Shown here: piece after piece, positions 8,795 to 21,130 of the stretch
Layout of the letters: each line of letters starts with the position of its first letter
How positions within the stretch are numbered: the first letter of the stretch is position 1
Source of the DNA: Phenylobacterium deserti
GTDB lineage: Bacteria > Pseudomonadota > Alphaproteobacteria > Caulobacterales > Caulobacteraceae
Direction: 5' to 3'
Length of the DNA: 64,000 nt
Assembly (NCBI GenBank): GCA_945883235.1
Contig: CAMCXF010000009.1
Location: forward strand, 34,632 to 98,631
The notes under the pieces: model-generated
What the model saw: the letters and a program-made list of their open reading frames with translations, nothing else
What the model was told of the DNA's origin: nothing
Database searches by the model: none
Translations under genes and position numbers: made by a program

Positions 8795-10125
8795 ACCGGC
8801 TTCGTTCGGCGCTGGACCGCGCCCATCCCGCCATCTTCTGTACCTATGCCGGCGCAGCGGCGTTTGCTGCGTACTTCTCGATGTACGCGTTCCGAAAGCC
8901 GTTTACGGCCGCGACCTTTGACGATGTGGCGGGCTGGAACTACGTGCTCGACTACAAGGTCGCCCTCGTTATCGCCCAGCTGGTCGGCTACGCGCTTTCG
9001 AAGCTGGCGGGGATCAGGATCATCGCGGAGACGGGCCGCACAGGGCGCGGCGTCGCGATCCTGGGCCTGGTCGGCGTCAGTTGGCTGGCGCTGCTCCTCT
9101 TCGCGCTGATCCCGGCACCCTGGAACGTCGCCGCCCTCTTCTTGAACGGCCTGCCGCTTGGCCTGATCTGGGGCCTGGTCTTCTCCTACGTCGAGGGGCG
9201 GCGAACCTCCGAGGTGCTGGGTGCCATCCTTTGCAGCGCGTTCATCGTCTCGTCGGGCTTGGTGAAGACTGTGGGGGGCTGGATCCTGGCGGCCGGGGTT
9301 TCGGACCATTGGATGCCGGCCGCGACGGGCGCGCTTTTCCTTCCGCTCCTGGCGCTCGCGGTCTTTGGCCTCTCCCAGCTCCCGCCCCCATCGCCTCAGG
9401 ACGAGGCCGAGCGGATCCGCCGCGCGCCCATGAGCGGCCGCGACCGCGCCGCCTTCCTGGGTGCCTATGGGCCCGGGGTGCTTCTTCTGGTGCTGGCCTA
9501 TGTGCTGTTTACAGCCGTGCGCGACTTCCGCGACAACTTCGCGGCCGAGATCTGGGCGGCGCTGGGCCATGCCAAGGCTGCGGCAATGTTCACCGCCAGC
9601 GAGCTGCCGGTGGCGGCGATCGCGCTGGCGGTTCTCGCCGCGACAATGGGCGTCCGCGACAACCGAAACGCCCTGCTGATCCTCCACGCGGTCATCGTCG
9701 CCGGCGCGCTCCTGCTCGGACTTTCCACGCTGGCCTTCCAGCTCGGGATGATGCCGCCGCTGGCCTGGATGATCGCCTCCGGCGCCGGGCTCTACATGGC
9801 CTACACGCCCTTCAACGCCATGCTATTCGACCGGATGATCGCCGCCACCGGCCGGGTGGGCGCCGCGGGCTTCCTGATCTATGTGGCTGACGCATCCGGC
9901 TATGTCGGCAGCGTCGGACTTATGCTGCTGAAGACGTTCGGGTCGCTGCGCCTCGATTGGCTGAACTTCTTCATTCTCACTGCCTACGGCGCAGCCCTCG
10001 CAAGTGTGTTCATGGTCGCCCTCTCCGGGCTGTACTTCGGGGCAAGAATTGGCGAAGGCGGGACGGGCCTGAGCGCCGGCAACACGCCGGAAACCCACCC
10101 TGAGACGACCCCTTTCCGACCTTAG
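8791..10125 (+). CDS. Polytopic inner-membrane protein, DUF5690-like putative permease
   Basis: About 12 hydrophobic segments and the N-terminal signature FSMYAFRKPFTAATF...DYKVALVIAQLVGYALSK, which I remember as DUF5690. GTG 8791 overlaps the LysR stop (GTGA). The track ORF starts at 8761. Confidence 0.6.
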   Translation: MNRLRSALDRAHPAIFCTYAGAAAFAAYFSMYAFRKPFTAATFDDVAGWNYVLDYKVALVIAQLVGYALSKLAGIRIIAETGRTGRGVAILGLVGVSWLALLLFALIPAPWNVAALFLNGLPLGLIWGLVFSYVEGRRTSEVLGAILCSAFIVSSGLVKTVGGWILAAGVSDHWMPAATGALFLPLLALAVFGLSQLPPPSPQDEAERIRRAPMSGRDRAAFLGAYGPGVLLLVLAYVLFTAVRDFRDNFAAEIWAALGHAKAAAMFTASELPVAAIALAVLAATMGVRDNRNALLILHAVIVAGALLLGLSTLAFQLGMMPPLAWMIASGAGLYMAYTPFNAMLFDRMIAATGRVGAAGFLIYVADASGYVGSVGLMLLKTFGSLRLDWLNFFILTAYGAALASVFMVALSGLYFGARIGEGGTGLSAGNTPETHPETTPFRP

Positions 10126-10313
10126 ATCGGTGGCTTCGCCAGGCGGCCGCGGGACCTTGCCCACCCCTTCGCGCAGGCTGCGGCGGTCCCGACCTTCCAT
10201 ACCTCATGGGCCTGCGCTCGCAAGGTTCGTATGCCGGGCTGGGAGATCAGGTGGGGCTGAGGTCTTGTCAGGCGAAATGCACCGCAGCCGTTCGGTCATG
10301 ATCGTCGCGTCCT

Positions 10314-10391
10314 ATGACCCGCCATCCCAAGCCCGACAAACCGTTCCGCTGGTTCGACTCGTCGTCGAAGGCGCTCCGGCTGGCCGTCATG
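10314..10391 (+). mobile_element. Relic of an IS6-family transposase N-terminus (about 26 codons, truncated)
   Basis: PFRWFDSSSKALRLAVM resembles the PFRYFNSSPEVIRLVVM N-terminal signature I recall from alphaproteobacterial IS6 transposases. Similarity is lost after about codon 26, and I could not identify terminal repeats. Confidence 0.3.
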
Positions 10392-10526
10392 ACTCAAGAT
10401 GGAGAACCTGAGCGGCTAGAGTCTGCTTCGGGTCGGCTCTCCCCGTTGACTTCCGGTCCGGAACCGGACGTTCGATCAAAAGCCACGCCACCGGACCGCC
10501 GGGGCTCAAGTGTCAGATTATGACCA

Positions 10527-11828
10527 CTAGCGATCTGACGTTGTTACGTCGGCGCGCGAGTTCTCGTGGCACTCTGAAGCCTGCTGCTCCGCGATGCCGG
10601 AGATCGTCCGGAATCGAGCCTCGAGGTCGTCGATGACCAGGGCGTTGGTGCTGCGGGCGAGAACTTCCTGGTTCAGATACCGCGATGTGATTGTATAGTT
10701 GAAGCTGCCGAACCACGCCGAGCGTTGGCCACCGTCATCAATCACCACGAACTTGGCGTGCATCGGCAAGCCCTCGACGTCGCAGTATCGGCGGATGTTG
10801 ACGCCGGCCTTGTCGAGCTCCCTGAAGACGCCCTTGGGTACCCGGCGTGCGGTGTCGTGAACGACGAGGTCAATTTCCGCGCCGCGCTCCGCCGCCTTGG
10901 CCAGCTGTCGGGCGAAGGGCCCCTGATCCATGTGTGATATGGCGGCCTGGACGCGATCTCCGGGCCCCAGCTGCGCGACGCGCCGATCCACGATGTCGGG
11001 GCGCAGGCGCGGGAAATAATAGAGCCGGGCGTCGTCGAACTTGCGGGCGCGATTCATCCCCCGGTCAAACCGCGAGATGCCCTTGCCCTTCCAGAGCCTC
11101 TTGGCCTGACGATGCAGCGACCGGGCGACTTGCGGGTCCCGGAAGGCCACCAGCAGGTTCTGGCCGCGATCCTGGTCGCCGATGTCCGCGATGAGCTCGG
11201 CGTCGGGCGTCTCATCGCCGGACGGATTGAATGACCCGATCATCGATTCCGGCTCCGGGCCTGTAAAGGTGTAGATCTTCGCGTGCAGGTTCGCGAGCCC
11301 GAACCACGAATGTTGCAGGCGCAGGCCCTCGCCCAGACCGGCGCGAAGCGTCTCGATCGCCGCAGAATTCGCGCCGCTCTTCCGCGGCGTTCCCTCGATA
11401 CGGATCCGGACCTTGACGCCGCGTTTCCGGGCGGCGACCAGGCTCTCGGCAAGGTCCAGGTCGCGGAAATAGTAGGTCGCCCAGATGATTTCACTGCCGG
11501 CCGGCGCCGCTTCCACCTTGGCCTTCAGAACGTCGCGCAGCGCGCGAGGGGGCAGGTCAGGCCCGCCATAATAGACCTCGGTCAGCGGGCGAACGACCGC
11601 CGGTGGGACGGTCGATCCGTCAACCTTCGGTACTGTTTCGGTGTCCAGCCACATAACCCGTCTCGATATCCGCCAAAGGCCAGCGTCATCCGGTTCGACC
11701 ATAGCCGGTGCGCTCTCGGAATTGCAATTTATCGGGCCACGTCGGGTCCGGACATTGTGACAACGCCATGCACGAACGGTACCAGTTGGAAGAATCTGCC
11801 CCGCCTTGACGGGTCTGCCCATCGACAA
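10527..11828 (-). CDS. Phospholipase D-like (two HKD motifs) domain protein
   Basis: Two HKD motifs: NLHAKIYTF...GSFNPSGDE and MHAKFVVIDDGG...FGSFNYT. The true start is probably internal (for example MVEPDD or MWLDTE). Confidence 0.75.
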   Translation of the reverse strand: MSMGRPVKAGQILPTGTVRAWRCHNVRTRRGPINCNSESAPAMVEPDDAGLWRISRRVMWLDTETVPKVDGSTVPPAVVRPLTEVYYGGPDLPPRALRDVLKAKVEAAPAGSEIIWATYYFRDLDLAESLVAARKRGVKVRIRIEGTPRKSGANSAAIETLRAGLGEGLRLQHSWFGLANLHAKIYTFTGPEPESMIGSFNPSGDETPDAELIADIGDQDRGQNLLVAFRDPQVARSLHRQAKRLWKGKGISRFDRGMNRARKFDDARLYYFPRLRPDIVDRRVAQLGPGDRVQAAISHMDQGPFARQLAKAAERGAEIDLVVHDTARRVPKGVFRELDKAGVNIRRYCDVEGLPMHAKFVVIDDGGQRSAWFGSFNYTITSRYLNQEVLARSTNALVIDDLEARFRTISGIAEQQASECHENSRADVTTSDR

Positions 11829-11927
11829 GGGTGGATCATGCCGGGTAAATGCCCGCGGGATGCACGCACGGCCCTCCTCAGTTCAGGCATAGGGTCGCGT
11901 TTCGGTGTGCTTGTGTGAGAGACGACG

Positions 11928-16562
<4,635 letters not shown>

Positions 16563-16583
16563 TACAAGCCTAAGAGGGACCAC

Positions 16584-18035
16584 ATGGGCAAGCCCACCGG
16601 CTTCCTGGAGATCGAGCGCCATGACCGCGGGTACGACCCCGTGGCCAAACGCCTGAAGACCTGGAAAGAATTCGTCCAGCCGCTGCCGCAACCCGAGTTG
16701 CAGCAGCAGGCCGCGCGCTGCATGGATTGCGGGATTCCGTTCTGTCACCAGGGCTGCCCGGTGAACAACCAGATCCCGGATTTCAACTCCCTGGTTTATC
16801 GCGACCAGTGGCGCGAGGCGCTGGATAACCTGCAGTCCACCAACAATTTCCCGGAATTCACCGGCCGCATCTGCCCCGCCCCCTGCGAGGCGTCTTGTAC
16901 TCTGAACATCCAGGACAATTCGGTGACGATCAAGTCGATCGAATGCCAGATCGTCGACCGTGGATGGGACGAGGGCTGGATTACCCCGCAACCCTCGGCG
17001 CGAGGCACGGGCAAGCGGGTTGCCATCGTGGGCTCCGGCCCGGCGGGACTGGCGTGCGCGCAACAGCTGGCCCGCGCCGGTCATGTCACCACCGTGTTCG
17101 AAAAGTCGGATCGTCCGGGCGGCCTGCTGCGTTACGGCATTCCCGACTTCAAGATGGAAAAGCACCTCATCGACCGGCGGATCCGGCAGATGGAGGGCGA
17201 GGGTGTGATCTTCCGCTGCAACTTCGAGGTCGGCGTCGACGTCTCGGTGCAGCGCCTGCTGGACGACTATGACGTGCTGGTGATGGCCAACGGGGCCGAG
17301 GACCCGCGCGATCTCGAGGCGCACGGACGTGAACTGGACGGCGTCCACTATGCCATGGAGTTCCTGACCCAGCAGAACAAGCGCAACGCTGGCGACGCAG
17401 AGGACGTGGCGGCACCCACCGGCACGCTGTCGGCCAAGGGCAAGCATGTTGTGGTCATCGGCGGCGGCGATACCGGGTCTGACTGCATCGGCACGTCGAA
17501 CCGCCAGGGTGCGGCCTCGGTCGTGCAGCTGGAAATCATGCCGCAGCCACCCGAGCGTGAGAACAAGGCCCTGACCTGGCCCGACTGGCCGCTCAAGATG
17601 CGGACCTCGTCATCGCAACAGGAAGGTGTCGAACGCGACTTTGCCGTCGCCACCCGCCGTGCTGTTGGCAAGGACGGGCGCGTGACGGCTCTGGATTGCG
17701 CGCGTCTTGAGTGGGTGGCTGGTCCTGATGGTCGGATGCAGATGCAGGAAATCGAAGGCTCGAGCTTCGAGCTCAAGGCTGACCTGGTACTGCTCGCCAT
17801 GGGCTTTGTGGGCACCCGCAAGGCCGGCCTGGTCGAGCAGAGCGCCGTCGAGCTGGACGCGCGCGGCAACGTCAAGGCCAACGTGCAGGACTACCGCACG
17901 TCCGACAGCCGCATCTTCGCCTGCGGTGACGCACGTCGCGGCCAGTCTCTGGTGGTCTGGGCGATCCGCGAGGGCCGCCAGTGCGCACGGTCGGTGGACC
18001 AGCACTTGATGGGCAGCACAAAGCTGCCCCGGTAG
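16584..18035 (+). CDS. gltD: Glutamate synthase small subunit
   Basis: 483 aa with Fe-S cysteines ([18 protein letters not shown]) and the dinucleotide motifs [12 protein letters not shown] and [13 protein letters not shown]. Confidence 0.95.
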   Translation: MGKPTGFLEIERHDRGYDPVAKRLKTWKEFVQPLPQPELQQQAARCMDCGIPFCHQGCPVNNQIPDFNSLVYRDQWREALDNLQSTNNFPEFTGRICPAPCEASCTLNIQDNSVTIKSIECQIVDRGWDEGWITPQPSARGTGKRVAIVGSGPAGLACAQQLARAGHVTTVFEKSDRPGGLLRYGIPDFKMEKHLIDRRIRQMEGEGVIFRCNFEVGVDVSVQRLLDDYDVLVMANGAEDPRDLEAHGRELDGVHYAMEFLTQQNKRNAGDAEDVAAPTGTLSAKGKHVVVIGGGDTGSDCIGTSNRQGAASVVQLEIMPQPPERENKALTWPDWPLKMRTSSSQQEGVERDFAVATRRAVGKDGRVTALDCARLEWVAGPDGRMQMQEIEGSSFELKADLVLLAMGFVGTRKAGLVEQSAVELDARGNVKANVQDYRTSDSRIFACGDARRGQSLVVWAIREGRQCARSVDQHLMGSTKLPR

Positions 18036-18045
18036 GGCGGCCCAA

Positions 18046-18179
18046 CGCCCCCTCCGTCGCCCCGGATCAAGTCCGGGTCGCCACCTCCCCCGTCGTCTTC
18101 GCGACAAGGGAGGAGCGATGGCGGTTCCGCTCCTCCCTCGCTTGCGGGGGAGGTGGCGGCGAAGCCGACGGAGGGGGCG
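18046..18179. repeat. About 134-bp imperfect palindrome (three nested stems), a REP-like G-rich element between convergent gene ends
   Basis: cgccccctccgtcg pairs with cgacggagggggcg, ccacctcccccg with cgggggaggtgg, and agggaggagcg with cgctcctccct. The motifs are related to the repeat family at 25987, 30068 and 31988. Confidence 0.65.
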
Positions 18180-18186
18180 CTGCGCT

Positions 18187-19014
18187 CTACCTCCCGTTGA
18201 AGACCGGCTCGCGCTTGTCCACAAATGCCTTGGTCGCCTCGCGGTGGTCCTGCGTCTGGCCGCAATGGACGTGGTGGGTGGCCTCCAGGTCCAGGCAGTC
18301 ATCGACGTCGCCCGCCATCGCGCGATTGAGATTTTCCTTCATATAGCGGTAGGCTACCGTCGGGCCCGCAGCCAGGCGACCGGCGATCTCGCGGGTCTTC
18401 GCGGCCAGGTCGTCGGGCTCACAAACCCAGTTGGTAAGGCCCAGCCGCAGCGCCTCCTCGGCGCTGACTCGGTCCGACAGGTAGTACAATTCCCGCGCCT
18501 TGGCCGAGCCGACCAACTGGGTGAGAAAATAGGTTCCGCCATAGTCGCCAGAGAAACCGACCCGGGCGAAGGCCGTGGTCAGGATGGCGCTGCTCGACAT
18601 AATCCTCAGGTCGCAGGCCAGAGCCAGGGCAAGTCCGGCACCTGCCGCTGCGCCCGGCAGCGCCGCGATGGTGGGCTTGGGCATCTTGAACAGCTTGCCG
18701 GCTGTGGCCCGCTGATTGACCCGCTGGCGATGGATCGCGCCATCGATGGTGTTGTCGCCGACCGTGCCGTCGCCGCTGGCCGCCATGCCCTTGACGTCAC
18801 CCCCCGCGCAGAAGCCTTTGCCGGCACCGGTGAGCACAACGCACTTTACGGATCGCTCAAACTCCGCCCATGCCAGCTGGGTCGCCAGCGCATTGGTCAT
18901 GGCACCCGTCATGGCGTTGCGCGCCTCCGGCCGGTTCAGCGTGAGTGTCAGGATGCCGCCGTCCAGATTGGCCAGCAGGTCGTTGGTGCCTGTATCGATG
19001 GTGGTCGCGCCCAT
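18187..19014 (-). CDS. Enoyl-CoA hydratase/isomerase (crotonase) family protein
   Basis: [12 protein letters not shown]...[17 protein letters not shown] oxyanion-hole region. Confidence 0.85.
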   Translation of the reverse strand: MGATTIDTGTNDLLANLDGGILTLTLNRPEARNAMTGAMTNALATQLAWAEFERSVKCVVLTGAGKGFCAGGDVKGMAASGDGTVGDNTIDGAIHRQRVNQRATAGKLFKMPKPTIAALPGAAAGAGLALALACDLRIMSSSAILTTAFARVGFSGDYGGTYFLTQLVGSAKARELYYLSDRVSAEEALRLGLTNWVCEPDDLAAKTREIAGRLAAGPTVAYRYMKENLNRAMAGDVDDCLDLEATHHVHCGQTQDHREATKAFVDKREPVFNGR

Positions 19015-19134
19015 GACGAAAAGCTCCTTTGTTTCTTCCCGGACTGACTGTGTCTGATGACAGCGGCCTTGACCACTGCCTGCACCGATCCTCTAGTCGT
19101 GGTGGACAACAATCTCATTCAATAGGTACCTGAC

Positions 19135-19887
19135 ATGCGCCTCAGACAAATCGCCCTGGTCGGCCAGGACCTTGAGGCCGCCACAGCTGATATCGTCGCT
19201 GTCCTGGATCTTGGCGCAGCCTATGCCGACCCGGGTGTCGGAAAGTTCGGCCTGAAGAACGCTGTCTGGCCGGTAGGCGACACATTCCTTGAGGTGGTGA
19301 CGCCCAAGGCGCCCGGCACCACGGCGGGTCGTCTGCTGGAAAAACGCGACGGCGACGGCGGCTATATGGTCATTCTCCAGGTCCCCGACATTGCTGGGGC
19401 CCGCAGCCACATTCAGGCTGCAGGCGCGCGGGTGATCGAACAGGTCGATATACCGGGCAAGGTGTCCATGAGCCACATCCACCCCAAGGATATCGGCGGC
19501 GCGATCCTGTCGGTGGACCAAATGATCCCGCCGGAAGCCTGGGAATGGGGTGGCCCGCACTGGCAGGCCAGCGTGCAGACCGGGACGTCGGTTGCCATTG
19601 TCGGCGGTGAATTGCAGGGCGACGATCCCGCCGGTATGGCGGCCCGATGGGCCAGGGCGCTGGGTTGTGAGGCCGTGGCCATGCAGGGCGGTTGGCGGAT
19701 CGCTCTCGACCGCAGCGAACTTCGGTTCGTCAATGCGAGCGACGGCCGTGGCGAGGGGCTAGGCGCGTTCGATGTCGCGGTCCATGACCCCGCAACCGTG
19801 CGAGCGCGCGCCAAGGCGCGCGGATTGCTCGACGCAGACGGCGAGGTGACTCTATGCGGTGCCCGCGTCCGGCTGGTGCAGGCCTGA
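19135..19887 (+). CDS. VOC (glyoxalase-like) family protein
   Basis: 250-aa ORF with glyoxalase-like beta-alpha-beta repeats (weak recognition). Confidence 0.5.
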   Translation: MRLRQIALVGQDLEAATADIVAVLDLGAAYADPGVGKFGLKNAVWPVGDTFLEVVTPKAPGTTAGRLLEKRDGDGGYMVILQVPDIAGARSHIQAAGARVIEQVDIPGKVSMSHIHPKDIGGAILSVDQMIPPEAWEWGGPHWQASVQTGTSVAIVGGELQGDDPAGMAARWARALGCEAVAMQGGWRIALDRSELRFVNASDGRGEGLGAFDVAVHDPATVRARAKARGLLDADGEVTLCGARVRLVQA

Positions 19888-19891
19888 CGCC

Positions 19892-20320
19892 CTATTCGCT
19901 GCGGCTGAGGATCGAGGCGGTGTCGACCAGTTCGGCCAGCAGCGCCAGGGTCGACTGACCCGAGCAGTCGAACGGATCCAGCTCCACCCGCCTGAAATAC
20001 TTCAACAGCAGTGACGGATTGATCTTGGCGATATTCACCTGGCCCATGGTCCAGTTGCCAAACCGCCGCTCGCGGATTTCTTCATAGACCAGCAATCTGA
20101 CCTGCTGGTGGCGTTCGTCCATGACGATCTTATTGTAGAGATCATTGACCTCATCGCGACCGCCTTCAAGCACCTGAATGAACAGGCCTTCGGACACGCA
20201 GAGCAGTCCTGTCACACCCAGTCTGGGATTATTCTTGCGCGATTTGGCAAGGATATCGTCGAAGGACGAAGGGACCAGCGCCGCTGACGGCCGGCTGGCA
20301 TAAAGGCTGCGTACGAGCAT
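19892..20320 (-). CDS. BLUF-domain blue-light photoreceptor (stand-alone, short C-terminal extension)
   Basis: Conserved Tyr (SLYASR), Gln (FIQVLEG) and Trp/Met (NWTMG), plus VTGLL and DERH. Confidence 0.85.
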   Translation of the reverse strand: MLVRSLYASRPSAALVPSSFDDILAKSRKNNPRLGVTGLLCVSEGLFIQVLEGGRDEVNDLYNKIVMDERHQQVRLLVYEEIRERRFGNWTMGQVNIAKINPSLLLKYFRRVELDPFDCSGQSTLALLAELVDTASILSRSE

Positions 20321-20327
20321 CTCCGGC

Positions 20328-21041
20328 TCACTTCCGTTGTTGCAGGAGGGACAGGAATTCGCTCCTGAGGTGTTTGTTCTTGAGGAATGAGCCGCGCATC
20401 ACACTGTTGATCATCTTGGTCTCGGTATCCTTCACGCCGCGCCAGTGCATGCAGAAGTGGTCGGCCTCCATGACGATGGCCAGGCCATCGGGGCGCACCT
20501 TGTCCATCAGCAGGTCGGCCATCTGGGTAATGGCCTCCTCCTGAATTTGTGGTCGCGACATCACCCAGTCGGCAAGCCTTGAATACTTCGAAAGGCCGAT
20601 CAGATTGGAATGCTCGTTGGGCATCAGTCCGATCCATATCCGCCCCATGATCGGGCAGAAGTGGTGACTGCAGGCGCTTCGCACTGTGATCGGCCCCACG
20701 ATCATCAGTTCGTTCAGCGACTCGGCGTTGGGGAACTCGGTGACGGGCGGTGGCGCGGCATAGCGGCCGCGAAACACTTCGGTCAGATACATCTTGGCGA
20801 CACGCCGGGCGGTGTCCTGGGTGTTGTGGTCGGTCTCGGTGTCGATCACCAGGCTTTCCAGCACGCCCTGGAACTTGACCGCTACCTCGGCCAGCAGGGC
20901 ATCCATCTCGCCGGGCTCCACGAACGCGGCAATGTTATCATTGGCGTTGAAGCGCCTGCGGGCGCGCTGCAGCCGCGCCCGGATCGTCGCAGAGACGGGC
21001 TCGGGCAGGTTCGTATCGTCTGGCGTGGTCAGGTCGCTCAT
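20328..21041 (-). CDS. folE: GTP cyclohydrolase I (FolE type) with an N-terminal extension
   Basis: Zn/catalytic motifs CSHHFCPIMG, IGLSKYSRL, RPQIQEE and EADHFCMHWRGV align with E. coli FolE CEHH...HYC. The start is ATG 21041 or 21083; the track ORF runs to 21200. Confidence 0.8.
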   Translation of the reverse strand: MSDLTTPDDTNLPEPVSATIRARLQRARRRFNANDNIAAFVEPGEMDALLAEVAVKFQGVLESLVIDTETDHNTQDTARRVAKMYLTEVFRGRYAAPPPVTEFPNAESLNELMIVGPITVRSACSHHFCPIMGRIWIGLMPNEHSNLIGLSKYSRLADWVMSRPQIQEEAITQMADLLMDKVRPDGLAIVMEADHFCMHWRGVKDTETKMINSVMRGSFLKNKHLRSEFLSLLQQRK

Positions 21042-21130
21042 GGGGACTTTCGCGGCGCTCCGTGTCAGAGGCGCGATCTCCATACCGGTCTGTCGCGTCC
21101 GTCGATAGGTCGTTTTCAGGCGTGTGACGA

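Noticed and set aside
10527-11828. The PLD/HKD protein as a phage-defence nuclease system.
   Set aside because: It is a single gene with no partner ATPase, helicase, methylase or other defence hallmarks nearby. The sequence alone cannot distinguish a nuclease from a phospholipase, so it is reported only as a possible HGT scar.
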